Below are positions 13,703 through 27,848 of a stretch of 64,000 nt of DNA, piece after piece. The stretch's first letter is position 1. Every line of letters begins with the position of its first letter. The translations under genes and the position numbers were made by a program. The DNA is from Octopus vulgaris (lineage: Eukaryota). A model generated the notes under the pieces. It saw only the letters and a program-made list of their open reading frames with translations, was not told the origin of the DNA and searched no databases. The stretch lies in contig OX597814.1 of NCBI GenBank assembly GCA_951406725.2, forward strand, positions 155,124,001 through 155,188,000, read 5' to 3'.

Positions 13703-14456
13703 TATATAACAAAATGTAAATTTAGTTACTTAGCTTTATTCAAGTGAGATTTTATTATAACCTTTTTGAAGATAACCATGATATTTTTGGGTTATGCCCA
13801 TTTCCCAGACTAGTTTTTAAATTCTGAACAAAATTAATAACTTTCTAAGGTAGTTAATATTAAATAGCTAACAACACAGTAAATGTATTTCAAAAGTGAT
13901 AGTACATAAACTGATCAAAAATTATATATTGAACACTAATATAGTGAGAATGTTACAGAAAATTATAAGCCCCATAGATTTAACACTAAAACAGATGAAG
14001 ATAACTCAGACAAAAGCAAAGTCCTTGCTCAAATTACCGATCCTCAAGCGTCACCGTCTCTAGGAAACTCAAGCATGTAATAACAGACCTCAAGTAAAAT
14101 AGTTAACATTTAGGGTAAACTTACCAGTCAATAAAGAAATTAACGGTATATAAGGGATATTGAAGCCTTTAATTAAGTATTGAACAATTCCCTTACACAT
14201 ATTAAACGACAAAACAGATAAGAGATATGTAAATTCGAGTGCATGACAAATTCTACTTTACAGAATTACCAATAGGAAAAATAAAATAAACTCACCCGAT
14301 CATCTTAAAATATATATAATATACTTTACTGTATTCAGACTGAAACGTCTTACAGGAAAATGAAAGAACTAACATGATTATAATATACGTAATCCCTGAA
14401 TGTCATCGACATCTGTGGGATTCGATCGGTTTAGAACATAAATATATTCTCTATCA

Positions 14457-14605
14457 TAGGCAGAGGCGTGGGTGTGTGGGAAGAAGCTTGCTTTCCAACC
14501 ACATAGTTCTGGGTTCAGTCCCACTGCGTGGCACCTTGGGCAAATGTCTTCTACTATAAGCCATGTGAGTGGATTTGATAGACGGAAACTGAAAGAAGCC
14601 CGTCG

Positions 14606-14675
<70 letters not shown>

Positions 14676-14910
14676 TATGATGTGTGTATGTGTGTGTGTG
14701 TGTGTGTCTTTGTGTCTGTCCCACACCGCCGTTTGACAACCGGTGTTGGTGTGTTTTCGTCCCTGTAATTTAACGGTTCAGCAAAAGAAATTCTTAGAAT
14801 AAGTACCAGGCTTGAAAAAAGTGCTGGGGGTCGATTCATTCGACTAAAAGTTCTTCTAGGTGGTGCCCCAACATAGCTGCAGTCTAATGATTGAAACAAG
14901 TAAAATATAT
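14457..14910 (+). mobile_element. SINE family A, near full length
   Basis: Head, CORE-like accttgggcaaatg, internal microsatellite and 3' domain. Confidence 0.9.
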
Positions 14911-15984
14911 AAGATAAACTAAAAATAAAAAACATGTTCCACTTATTCTTTGAAAGTGCAGCACATAAAAACCTTTCATTTTGAGATCTTCTTCACTAGT
15001 AACCTCATTTCTCTCTCTTTAAAATTTTTGATTTTATAATTATATCTGTATGATGAAGTGTTAATAATTTATATATTCATATCGTGTGGAATTTCGCCGA
15101 GATTACGTTCACATCAAACTATATATAGTTGAATATGTTATTCTATATTTAGCTGTAGATATTACTTTCAGTTATTTCATTCAATTTTGTACGTAAACGT
15201 TCCTGATACTTGTTTTCTTTTTTTTTTTACCAAATATCTAGTTTATATTTTTATATTTAAGTTAAATTGGAGTTTGCTCAAAAGACCAAATGTTCAAAAT
15301 GTCAATATTCAAATTGTGTAATTTTCACAAATTATACTGCTAATAATAGATCTGTTCTAATAATTGCCGGCTCCCTCTGCTGAAATTCTGCTTACGAGAA
15401 GCCATCGTTTTTACCATTTTAAAAACGTTGAAGATATTTTAGTGTTGTTTAGCCTAGGACAACTCAAATAGACCTATGATGTGATGTATTTCAACCGTTA
15501 CCATCTTGATCTTATTCTGATATTGCATATGTTTTAGGAATGTATTATCCAATTCTACAACGTACCCGCTTTCTTTACTGTAGATTATGGTTGCTATTTC
15601 TAGCAGACCGAGCAACCATACAAAAGCTTCGCTCACTGACTTGATTTGATGTCGTGTGAGAGACAATACGAATTTGTTAATGAAACCTCTGAAAATCTTG
15701 TTGGAAAGTTAAAAAAAAAAAGATAAAAAAACGTAGAGAATACGTAAAAGAGCTTTCTTGGAGATTAAAATAAATATAAATAGAACTATGTCGAATTAAG
15801 GGAAATGAGTGGTGAGATTATTTTAAAGATTAAATCAACGGTTATTTAGTAGTAAAAAAAATGATAGTGATAGAAAGGATTCCAATTGTTGCTTAAACAG
15901 TATGAGAGAATAACAGTGAAATAAAGATAAAAGCTAGAACAACAGCAATGAAATATTGGTTACAAATTTTGGAATTAGGGTTCA

Positions 15985-16125
15985 ACTGGTTCTTATTTTA
16001 TCGACCCCAAAAAGATGAAAGGAAAAGTCGACCGCGGTGAAATTTGAACTCAGAGAATAAAGACGGACGAAATGCTGCTAATCATTTTGTGCGGTGTGTT
16101 AATGGCTCTGCTTGATCACTGCGTA
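15985..16125 (-). mobile_element. SINE family B
   Basis: ttattttatcgaccccaaaaagatgaaaggaaaagtcgaccgcggtgaaatttgaactcag. Confidence 0.75.
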
Positions 16126-16233
16126 ACAATAACGAAATATTGCAATGAATGTTCAGAAATTACAGAGAGACCTGTTAAGGAGCAACTGGTTTGACACAAA
16201 ACGTTAACAAAGCAAAATAGATGTGGATTTCTG

Positions 16234-16272
<39 letters not shown>

Positions 16273-16286
16273 ATAATAATAATAAT

Positions 16287-16354
<68 letters not shown>

Positions 16355-16399
16355 TATATACATACACATGTGTACATACCTACATATATATATGTATAT

Positions 16400-16890
16400 A
16401 TACATGCATATATGGGCACAGGACGTCAAAAAAAAAACGTTAACAAAATGAAGAACGAGAACATGGAAACGAACTTTTTTCGAACGAAAGGAACAAATAA
16501 AGAAACGAGACAGGCAAAATCTCTTCATCAGTTGTCCCCTGTTTTATCTACTCCGCGTTTCGAACGTTGAGACAAGACGCGACTTCGTTAAAGGAAATTA
16601 AATAAAATTTGGGATTTGCGGAGTATTAAAGTGGTAACAAAAACAGGACAGTGAGAACAAAACAGTAAAAAGAAACGGTAGGGGCTGTTAAGCCATAACG
16701 AGGTGAAGTGGTGAACGCTGGAGAAACGAGCTTTGTCAGGAGATAGGCAAAAGTGTGTATTGTCTCTTGTAAGACAAGGGGAAGAAAGAAAGATAGCCGC
16801 TGGTCACATGTGAGCAACGGTAGAGTCAAGGAGGAAGAGTGAGGGAGAGAGAGGGAGAGAAAGAGAACGGTGAAGAGGGAAGAGAAGAAT
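16400..16890 (-). mobile_element. Penelope-associated repeat (family P)
   Basis: Similar to 53830-54050 and to the reverse complement of 54930-55410, which flank the GIY-YIG fragment. Confidence 0.55.
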
Positions 16891-16919
16891 TGCATTATGA
16901 AATACTAACATGTATTATG

Positions 16920-17350
16920 AAATACTAACAAAAAGACGTTATATAAACATTGAGCAAGAAGGTCTGAGGAAACGACAGAGCAATCATATCTGGTATGTGT
17001 CAATGCACATAGGTATGGAGATCACTGTTGATCGACCCGATTTTGCCGTCAAGGTCCGACAGGAAATACTGTGCTTCTAACTGAAATATCTGGCCTCACA
17101 TACAATAAAGATCTCCAAAATAGAAATGGAAGAGTGATCTTAATATAAAGGCTTGGAAATTGAGATACCCAGGATACAGAGATAACCAAGCATCAAATCA
17201 ATGTGAACGACATCTTAAATAACAAGTGCATTAGAAATAATTGAAAAAATTGTAGAAAATTCATAATGAAACCCACTGGATTTGCGTATATACAATATAT
17301 GAAATAGAACTACTAGGCACAACAGACCTATCATGTAGAACTATTTCAAT
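16920..17350 (+). pseudogene. Highly decayed 3' end of an RLE-type (R4/Dong-like) non-LTR retrotransposon
   Basis: Frameshifted remnants resembling GALG (gtgcattagaaata) and LLGT (ctactaggcaca) C-terminal motifs. Confidence 0.35.
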
Positions 17351-17985
17351 AAAAAGTAAGAACCTAAATAAGATACTGCCCTTATCCAATACGTACAGGA
17401 TTGCTCAATTGTGCTGTGAAAACACGCAATAATATATGACTACAACAAAATGCTTGTAATAGTTTCAAATATAGACAGAAGTTTCGAAATGTTATGAGTA
17501 GGCTATAGGAAATTAAATGCTCCAGTATTTGATGAGTATTTATTTTATAGATTCCGGAAAAAAATTTAGACTAAGAAGGGAAAAATAAGGCAAAATTTAA
17601 AACTGAATTTAGAGACTAAAGCAGATATTGCTACTGTCTTTTAAGATAAATGGTATTGTCAGAAAGATGGTTAATGTTTTGTATTTGGATTGCAGTTATC
17701 ATGAAGTCGAAGTATGGCGTCAATAGTAATTTGATTGCTGTCATCTCTCTTGTTAAAGAAACCGAATTCTCAACATTTCAGGACTTACATTACAGTTTAT
17801 GTTCTATCCCAATCAACACCTTAACTAATTTTAATTTTACCATTGAAATGAAGAAGACACATAGTGGCAGGCTGACCAGCTGGAAATAGCAGCCAATTCT
17901 CCTTCACAACAAATCCACGTTTTTAAACGTGAATTTGAAGACGTAATCCGAGATTCACTGTTTGAAAAAAATAATTGCTTGATCA

Positions 17986-18640
17986 TAAGCGTAGGAATGG
18001 CTGTGTGATAAGTAGCTTGTTTACGAACCACATGGTTCCGTGTTCAGTCTCACTGCGTGGCACCTTGGGCAAGTGCCTTCTACTATCGCCTCGGGTCGAC
18101 CAAAGCCTTGTGAGAGGATTTGGTTGACGGAAACTGAAAGAATCCCGTCGTATATATGCATATATATAAGGCGGCGAGCTGGCAGAAACGTTAGCACGCC
18201 GGGCGAAATGAGTAGCCGTATTTCGTCTGTCGTTACGTTCTGAGTTCAAATTCCGCCGAGGTCGACTTTGTCTTTCATCCTCTCGGGGTCGATAAATAAA
18301 GTACCAGTTACGCACTGGGGTCGATGTAATCGACTTAATCCGTTTGTCCGTCCTTGTTTGTCCCCTCTATGTTTAGCCCCTTGTGGGTAATAAAGATATA
18401 TATATATATGTGTGTGTGCGTGCATATGTTTGTGTATCTGTGTTTGTTCCCCCCAACATCGCTTGACAACCGATGCTGGTATGTTTACGTCACCTTAACT
18501 TAGCGGTTCGGCAAAAGCGACCGATAGAATACGTACTAGGCTTACAAAGAATAACTCCTGGGGTCGATTTGCTCGACTAAAGGCGGTACTCCAGCATGGC
18601 CACAGCCAAATGACTGAAACAAGTAAAATAGTAAATAGTA
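17986..18640 (+). mobile_element. SINE family A with a nested family B SINE
   Basis: A head 17986-18150, B copy 18168-18395 inserted in the internal TA tract, A 3' domain 18430-18640. Confidence 0.9.
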
Positions 18641-20049
18641 AATAGTATAGTAAGTCTACTTGACCAATGATGATCTAAGAATATACAACAAATTAATGAC
18701 GACGGCACACTACCGCCACTAACAACATTAAAGAAAGCAAACTAACTAACCAAAATACAAAATCTTATTGAATACTGGAAATTGATGAGCAGCTTTGTGG
18801 ATCAGAAGAATAAGATCCTTATTTGTCACAAAAAACTCGAGTTCGAATTAATATATACACATCGTGAGGGCCGCTTCAGAAAATTAACATGTGCTTGATT
18901 GTTACGCAATTTATCATACGCAGCTCGGGATCAAAATCGGAGTTCGAAATCAGACGGCAAAGTAAACTTTGCATCACTGGAAAAAACTATTATTTTTTAT
19001 ATTTGTTTATTTGTATGACAGTTGACAAAGTGTGACATTCACTACATTAAAATTAAAAAAACCCAAAAAACTGCCATAACTGTCTAAGAGGAAGGAAGGA
19101 AGAATCTACAATTAATAGGATTTCATCAGAGTAGAGTTCTGATCCGAATGCGCACGACTAAGTGGAACTTAGAGCAGCCGGGTGATTTTGCAAGCATACT
19201 CTCGAAAACCATACAGAGTTCATTCTACAGTATTCCGAGGTCTGCTGTTTGCTTGGGTTGGATCGAACTTACCTCTATGTGATTGCGAAGCGAGCTTCTT
19301 GACTACACAGTCATAGTTTATCATAGATAGACTTTCCATTGCTTTACTCAGAATTTGCAGGTGAGACACAGTGATATTAGGATTTCGGACTGACAGCTAA
19401 TGAAACATCGTTAATCTCTATGCTTTTGTTCCATACAGTTGGCAACTGACAACCTAATTAGGAAATGTGGCAATTAAAAAATCTCACTACAATACTGGCG
19501 AGGGATACAACAAAGAGTTGAAAGCCTTTCGATCGGTCATGTTTGACAGCAAATGCAAGCACATGGAACGGTAATAGATATAATCTCATAAAAAGATCGA
19601 CCAATCAATTGCTACATGTAAAAAATAAAAAAAGCTATTATGAAATTTGACTAAACTTAATAGTTCCATGATCTGCAAGTTCCATGATCTATACTCGAAA
19701 TAAACCGAACCTTCTACTTAATTTCAAGGTCAGATTGTTCCATTACCATTGAACAATCTCGATCGCGTGTTTTTCTGAAACCGAAACCATGTAAAATTAT
19801 GGGCTCCACTAGATTGACTACTCGTGATATACTGCACAAAAACACTTACGTGCAAATTTTTAGAGTTACCAGACATTGCTTTACAGTGAGTCTTACACAG
19901 ATTTCTTATGATGAAGCTTGAAAATGTAAGATGAGCTAATGACCTACAATAATTACGAACATATATGTGTGACTGTGTGCATGCGTGTACATGTACGCAG
20001 CCACCGGCCCACAGTCGACGCTATGGCGACTGTACGCAGCCACCGGCTC

Positions 20050-20288
20050 GGCTCGGAAGAAGGGGTCATATGGAATGGTCCCCTCGTTCACCAGACTTTT
20101 CTCCCCTTGATTTCTTTTTCTGGGGTATGTTGAAAGAGAAAGTTTACTCAATAAAGATTACAGATTTAAAACACATGAGAGAACGCATTACCAGTCAGTG
20201 TGCTGAACTTGATGGCAAAGTAGACTTATTTAATCAAGTTCACCTGAATTTTGCAAGGCGCGTCAAGTTATGCATTGAAAATGATGGG
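20050..20288 (+). pseudogene. Tc1/mariner-superfamily transposase C-terminal fragment
   Basis: GRRGHMEWSPRSPDFSPLDFFFWGMLKEKVY...RRVKLCIENDG matches the WPPRSPDLNPLDFFLWG motif. Confidence 0.9.
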
Positions 20289-21393
20289 GATGCTAACATC
20301 ATTACGCTTTACAAAAACAAAGGTGACCGTGGTGATTGTATCAATTACCGTGGAATATCCCTTCTAAGCACTGTTGGAAAGGCCTTTGCTCACATTATCC
20401 TGTCCAGGCTACAACTGCTTGCTTCTCGAATTTATCCTGAATCCCAGTGTGGCTTTAGAAGAAGCAGATCAACTATTGACATGATATTCTCCATACGCCA
20501 ACTTCAGGAGAAGTTCAGAGAGCAGAAAATGCCATTATATATGGCCTTCATTGATCGGACAAAGGCCTTTGACTTGGTATGTAGAAAAGGCCTCTACATC
20601 CTGCTCCAAAAAATCGGATGTCCACCAAAACTGCTGAGGATCATCAAAACTTTTCATGATGATATGCAAGGTACCATACAGCACAATGGTTCAACATGAG
20701 CCGGCTTCCAAATAAAAAACGGGGTAAAGCAAGGTTGTGTCCTTGCTCCTACATTATTTGGCATCTTCTCGCTGCTGCTGTCACATGCCTTTGAGACATC
20801 AGATGATGGAGTGTTTCTGCACAGTAGAAGTGATGGGAAACTATTCAATCTCTCGCGTCTACGTGCCAAGACCAAAATCAGAAGCGTCCTGATCAAGGAG
20901 ATGCTATTTGCTGATGATGCCGCTCTGGTATTACGCACAGAATAAGCCCTACAAAGGCTCATCAACTGTTCTGAGCAAGCATGTGGCAACTTTGACTTAG
21001 TTATCAGCCTCAAGAAGACCAACATCATGGGTCAGGCTACATCGGACATCCCAAACATACATATTGGAGACCACAGACTACAGGAGGTGGAGAAGTTTAC
21101 CTATCTTGGCTCTACCGTCACTTACAATCTATCCCTTGATGCTGAGCTCAATATACGCATTGGCAAGGCAGCTGCTGTGATGGCCCAACTCTCCAAACGG
21201 GCATGGGACAACAATAAGCAGGCCAAGACCACAAAAATGAAGATTCACCAGGCATGTGTACTTAGCACACTACTGTATGGAAGTGAGACTTGGATGCCAT
21301 ACACACGCCATACGACGCCATACGTCGCCTAAATATCTTTCACCTGCGCTGTCTCCGGAATAGGATAGGACTACACAGCCACAGCAGGAGATG
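20289..21393 (+). mobile_element. RTE-clade (BovB-like) LINE, 5'-truncated reverse transcriptase, disrupted
   Basis: DANIITLYKNKGDRGDCINYRGISLLS, PESQCGFR, GVKQGCVLAPTLF, LFADD, FTYLGS, LLYGSETW and terminal RIGLHSHSRRC; premature stops and an internal deletion. Confidence 0.95.
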
Positions 21394-22519
21394 TATTAGG
21401 ACATGAAATGTAAAAGCCTGACTAGATTATTTTATGCGCAACTCCATTGTCTCCCGAGACAAAAAGGATGCCAACAACAATATATATATGGATTTCGTTG
21501 ACAGGAACTGAAGCAAATCAATCGTATATATATATGCATGTATATATGTAAGTGTATGTATGTGTTTTTGTTTCTGTGTTTCGCCCTCATCACTGCTTCA
21601 CAACAACTGTTCATTTATTTACATCCACATAACTTACTGGTTTCATAAGAACAAACTAATAGAATAAGTACTAGGCTTATCAAAATCCTTCCATGGGGAC
21701 TTAACACCCACAATTTTGTCATTTTATCTAATAAAAAGCGAATACAGTTGTGCTCTTGGAAGTTGTAAGGTTACCCGAGCATAAAAGTTGGGCATTATTT
21801 CTAATTCAATGGTACAACAGTGTAACAGTTTGCTTTGACATACACTTACATTGTGATTTCTGCAATGTGGTGCATAAATTGTCAAGTAAATGAGAGGCAT
21901 CTTTACCTCCACTGATTCAGTTGCAAAGTGTTGAGTAAAGCTATTTTATTACAGACCTCCTTTCAGTCTTTTTATTATCACTCGATCACACATAGTCCCC
22001 AGATGGTAACATTGATTTCAAGGCCTTCCCAGATGAGTGACTGGTTATTCAAAGACATTTATAGATTTTAAATTTATTCTGTCCAGTTACGTATCAGTAT
22101 AGTGTTCATTTGCAACCTCCAGAGGTGACACTTTAATTTCTCCTTAGCCCTCACGTCACACAGTTGTTAATGTTGATTTCAGTTGGGTCACGCCCTTCCA
22201 ATTGCTATAGATTCGTAATGCATCTTACGGCTGTGACTGTCACCTGGATGGTGAGGAATCCTACATTGGGAGTGGTAACGACTAGGGTAGGGTAACTGAC
22301 CGCTTATTGTGATCATTCGTCTTTTGGTTTCCTGTAGCTTTGCTCTCTTTTACAAACCCAGTGAACATATATTTCCCATTTCAAAGAAATTCAAACAATA
22401 GATATAAGACCCAAGTTTCAACAATTCAACTTCTCTGGTTGATATGATAGGGGCTTTCACTCTCACATTTTAGAGCTCCATGACCTTCATTTTTCAGTAG
22501 CAAAATCTTTTTAACAGGC

Positions 22520-22742
22520 TCAATAAGACTGGAATTTTGGAATATGCGCATAAAAATCAGTAGTATGGGATACATGTGGCACGATTAAAATTTTTTTAGG
22601 GTGTGTAAAGAGGGAAATAACCCTCATCTGCAATTTTGATGAAATTCGAAACATAGATATTCCATTTCATTACAGAAAATATCACAGAAAAGTCTAATTC
22701 TTCAATCGAATGTAACCGGGCAACGCCAGGTATCTCTGCTAG
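22520..22742 (+). mobile_element. Helitron-like non-autonomous element, 3' end
   Basis: ccgggcaacgccagg hairpin followed by ...gCTAG|T; 5' boundary uncertain. Confidence 0.55.
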
Positions 22743-22823
22743 TTACAAATAAATGTTGTTTATATTTAGAACGTATTTATGAAAATATCGAGAAACGTGT
22801 AAATAAGACATCTATAAGTGATG

Positions 22824-23719
22824 TATTGAGTTGTCAGGGAAATTTCATTTCAATATTGTTTGAATTTGTGGTGTTTTTAGCTCTGTTATCCTCTGCAATT
22901 TCTCTGCATCGTTCGTTTTTTTTTTAATTTAAAGAGATTTTATAACGATGGAATATCAATTAGATGAATATGAGCATTTTCAATATCTGCTTTTCCTCAC
23001 TTCCAGTCAAGGTTCCCAAACTGTCAAAGCCGCTCGAAACATTTGTGTTGTGTTCACAGAAGGCACTATTTTTTAAAGAACTGCATACAAATGGTTTTCA
23101 TGCTTCAAGGAAAGAAAATTTGACCTCACAGACTCTCCATCTTCCGGCTGACCTGTTCACTTCAAGAAAGATGGATTGAACAAAATTATTCATGAGGATG
23201 CGCACAAATCAACTCAAGAATTCACCCAGCAGACGTGATGTTCTCATGATACAGTCATCCGTCACTTTCATTCAGTTTTGAAAGTCCAAAATTTCGATGT
23301 AGGGGTACCAAACGCTCTGAACGAGACAGATAATCTCCAGACACCACGTCATTAATTCCACCAAAAATACTACTCAAGAATTCGGTTGAGAAGTTCTGCC
23401 GCACCCAGCGTTATTCTCTTGATATAGCACCTTTAAGCTATCACCTTTTCGCTCACTCTCCAACAGTCAACGAGGCGTTTCGTTCAACAGCGACGTGGAG
23501 CTGAAAACGCGGTTCCATGAATTAATTCTTCGAGACGAAACTGATGGTTTCTTCTGTCAAGACATTGACACGACAGAGGAATGTTAGTAAGAAGTTGTAA
23601 ACATTGAAAGAGAATCTATTACTGACTGATTTGTCTAAATTGTTGATGAAAAAATATAGTATAAAATAAAGGTGGTGGTGGGGGAGAAAAAACGACCGAA
23701 TTTATCTAACAACCCAATA
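22824..23719 (+). mobile_element. Decayed mariner element
   Basis: Ends TA-ttgagttgt ... acaacccaa-TA; frameshifted EVLPHPA-YSxDIAP-YHLFRSL motif near 23390-23460. Confidence 0.8.
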
Positions 23720-23729
23720 TCTCGAATGC

Positions 23730-24340
23730 CAATCTATCTATATTATTCATGGCTGGACAAAAATTCGAAATACATCGTTTATAGAAAACTTATTTACATA
23801 ATTCAAATGCCCACTTCAATACCCACTTCCAACCATCATATAACAAGAAGGGCCCACATAATGATATACTCCAAAAATGCTGAATAAATGACGAGATGTT
23901 CACAGTTGGTTTGTTTTTTATTATAGAAATTCTCTATAAGCATTAACATGAGGCAAAAAACAAAAACAAAAATCACCGCAACAACTAAAGTAGCTAGACT
24001 ACCAAAGTAACCATAACAAGCAAAAGAACATGACTATTTATCTTATAACAGTAGAGCGCAAATATTATTTGAGAATACTTTCATAGAATGTACTTAGCAA
24101 TCAAACAAGAAACAAAGTTTCTTTCAAAATACAGGATCCCCGAAATCCAAGATTACACCTTGATAAAGTAATTCAGACTACGTCAAAGATATGCGCGCCT
24201 TAAAAAGATAAAGCCATCCGTCTAGTATACAGATGCCACAAACAAAACCCAAACAAATAGGGCATGACACACACTAGAAATAGAAGAATTCAAACTAAAA
24301 AAAACAAAACGGTAGCACAAAAATATTAGTACGTACCACC
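23730..24340 (+). pseudogene. Possible decayed Penelope-like RT C-terminal fragment
   Basis: VYRK...HF...SNH-like remnants near 23775-23840; heavily frameshifted. Confidence 0.3.
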
Positions 24341-24653
24341 ACCAACTCCACCAGCTGTCCTGCCAGTCCACATATTCTACTATTTATGTACTAGGATGTT
24401 TTTCTTTAGATGTATTAAAATGTATTTACAACATGCCGTCTTAAAGAGTGACGCAGAAGATAATTTTATAGAAGGTACTTTATTCCTGATAAAGGGTCAG
24501 TATAATCATGACTAGAATACTGTTGATCAAAGATCTACTCAGTTAAAGATGAATGGGGTTAAACAACCGTGATAGTATAAGCAAAACCAATGATTTCACA
24601 TATTAGCACTCTTAAATTTCATCATTAGAATACTATTTCAATGAATACTATAT

Positions 24654-25060
24654 AAGGCGGCGAGCTGGCAGAAAAGTTAGCACACCGGAGGAAATGCTTA
24701 GCGGTTTTTCGTCTGCCGTTACGTTCTGAGTTCAAATTCCAACGAGGTCAACTTTGCCGTTTATCCTTTCGGGGCTGATAAATTAAGTAGCAGTTACGCA
24801 CTGGGGTCGATGTAATCGACTTAATCCGTGTTTGTCTGTTCTTGTTTGTCCCCTCTGTGTTTAGCACCTTGTGGGTAGTAAAGAAATAGGTTTTTCGTGC
24901 CGCTACATTTTGAGTTCAAATTCCGCCGAAGTCGACTTTGCCTTTCATCCTTTCGGGTCGATAAATTAAGTACCAGTTAAGTACTGGGGTCGATGTAATC
25001 GATTTAATCCCTTTGTCTGTCCTTGTTTGTCCCCTCAATGTGGGCAATAAAGAAATAACT
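24654..25060 (+). mobile_element. SINE family B, head-to-tail partial dimer
   Basis: Full copy 24654-24890 followed by a second copy lacking the head. Confidence 0.9.
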
Positions 25061-26125
25061 ACTTCAATGAACATAACACATCTACATCCTAAAAATCTAT
25101 ACAAACATATCGACATCCTGTATTAAACACACATCTATGTCCATTCTATAGAAAACTTTTTCTGTCCCACAAACTTGCAGACCGTATCAAGCAACATTAT
25201 ATTTTCTCCACCATTCAAACATCGATCACCACATCATTCCTACAAAATTGGAGGAAACGAAGACATTCGAAGAAACATTTTAAACAGGTCGTAGAATTCA
25301 ACACTACGTCACATTCCCATAACATATACTGCCGTGCATGCACTAGGTAGAAAAATTATAAATTCTTTCAATGTATTATATTATATATAATACATTGAAA
25401 GAATTTATTAAAAAGAATTTATAAAAAAATCTGATATGTTGGACACAATTAATGAAACTTTAAGAAAGCATCAAATCAAATGCAAACACACTGACAGCCT
25501 GCAGAAAAAGAAGCAAAAAAGAAGAAAAGAAGAAATAAGGGATAACAATGAAAAGTAGATATTTGCTTCTAACATGAGTCTGAAAATAAATACTTAAAAA
25601 TCATAATGTAAATTAATTAGCAGCATCAACAACAATAGCACGTACCATGATAAAAACTTCAGGTAACATATTTACACCCAAACAGCAAGTGAATTTTACT
25701 GATCGAGTCCTTTTCCAAAACAGTAGCTACCTAAAAGTCCCACAACAACTACAAAAACAATCACAATATGCAAATGAGGTACCATCTACGCGGTTACTCG
25801 ACCCGTCAAATATAGGAGCTGAAATCTCCCTAAAATTTTATTCTACTGACTAAATGAAAAAGATAGATAGACGAAGGTAATACTAGATGCACAAACAAAT
25901 GGGTTAGTTGTGGCTGAAGTTCCTAGTCAATGAGGTAAACAACATCAACGGCAACAATCTGGATAAAGGGTTCTGGGATTGAAAGTAAAACAATGAAATC
26001 ATGTAGTCTTGAAGAGGCCAGCATGTCGGGAGATTTCCTTCTAAATCAATAAAAACAGGAATATGAATAAAGAATTGTTATGAAATCTATAACTTTTTGA
26101 TTTCTGATCATTAATTCACACTTGA

Positions 26126-26530
26126 AAGCGGCGAGCTGACATACTCGTTAGCAAACCGGGCGAAATGCTTAGCAGTATTTCGTCTGTCTCTACGTTCTGA
26201 GTTCAAATTCCGCCGGGGTCGACTTTACCTCTCATCCTTTCGGCGTCGATAAACTAAGTACCAATTGCGCACTGGGTTCGATCTAATCGAATGGTCTCCT
26301 CCCCCAAAACGTCGAGCCTTGTGCCTAGAGTAGAAAAGAATCGTTAGCACGCAGCGCAAAATGCTGAGTGGCATTTCGTCCGTCTTCAAATTCCGCCGAG
26401 GTCGACCTTACCTTTCATCTTCTCGGAGTCGATAAAACAAGTACCATTCAAACACTGAGGGCAATGTAACCGACCTAGCTCCTTCTCCGAAACTGCTGGC
26501 CCGTATGCCAAAGTTTAAATCCATTATTAA
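26126..26530 (+). mobile_element. Two tandem family B SINEs
   Basis: Two Nin-like domains (ctctcatcctttcggcgtcgataaac; ctttcatcttctcggagtcgataaaac). Confidence 0.85.
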
Positions 26531-27305
26531 TTCACACCTGTACCTGCAATTATTTAATATAATCAAGTACTTTAATTACTTAGTGTTTACACAATAACTT
26601 TGAATACTTAAAGCTTTCAGACAGACGTAAACTATCTCGTACTTGTGTGAATTGAAACAGAACTGAGAAAGTATGCAAAGCATTTCTAGCCGTGTTTTCG
26701 CAACCCATTTTTATTTTCAAGTAACAGTGATTGCTGTTTCGATTCCAAAAATGGAGGTTTGTTGTTAATATAGTCGTATTTTGGCCGTTAACGTTTTTAT
26801 ACTACGACCAAATGCATTCTAGGCATGGCTATCCCATCATTCATTCAAAGATTATGCATGTACAAGACTGCATTATGCAAACTATCCTTTCAACCTAAAC
26901 ATACCAGATTGTGATTTGGGGGCGAAATGATTAATATTTAAAGCAGATTGAGAGAGGGCACATAGAAATTTCATCGTTGGCTCCTATGGAGGCTTGTTTT
27001 ATAATTAAGAACGATCCTATTTTTTACAAATAAGAATTCAAAGAACCAGCAAGCTGCATATCATATCTGTACTATCCCACCCGACTTGCATGAATCTTGT
27101 TCATTTATCGCCCCTAGAGCGCTTCATCACGCAATCCATAGACGACAATTTTGTCCAGTCATATCTCCCTCCTTAGAACTGCCACCCTCTGGAATTTCCT
27201 CAACGCCTACATCGTCACACAGAGGTCAGATTCCGGAAGTTCAAACTGAACATCAACTACATTGATCTTGGGAGCGTGGGAGAACATTCTTCTCGTCTGA
27301 CGAGA

Positions 27306-27349
<44 letters not shown>

Positions 27350-27509
27350 CTGTGTGAGTTAGAGGTTTAGAAACCAACTAAGGGATAGTACCTATCTAAT
27401 ATACTGCTGGTAGCGTACCCAGTTATTCATACCCTAGTGTTAGTTATTGCGTGGCAATCTCGCAATTGAGTGTTATACATGGTAGGGGGTAAAAAGAGGT
27501 TTACCCTTG

Positions 27510-27596
<87 letters not shown>

Positions 27597-27640
27597 CTAT
27601 GTATATATGTATGTATGTATGTATATATGTATGTATGTAT

Positions 27641-27796
27641 AAGCGCAAGCATGGCTGTGTGGTAAGATGCTTGCTTTCCAACCGCATGGTCCCGGGTTCA
27701 GTCCCACTGCGTAGCACCTTGGGGGCAAGTGTCTCCTACTATAGCCTCGGGCCAACCAAAGTGGATTTGGTAGGCGGAAACTGAGTGCAGATCGTC

Positions 27797-27798
<2 letters not shown>
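27641..27798 (+). mobile_element. SINE family A head
   Basis: ggctgtgtggtaag...ccgggttcagtcccactgcgtagcaccttgg. Confidence 0.85.

Positions 27799-27848
<50 letters not shown>

Noticed and set aside
20654-21028. 124-aa minus-strand ORF
   Set aside because: Antisense shadow of the RTE reverse transcriptase
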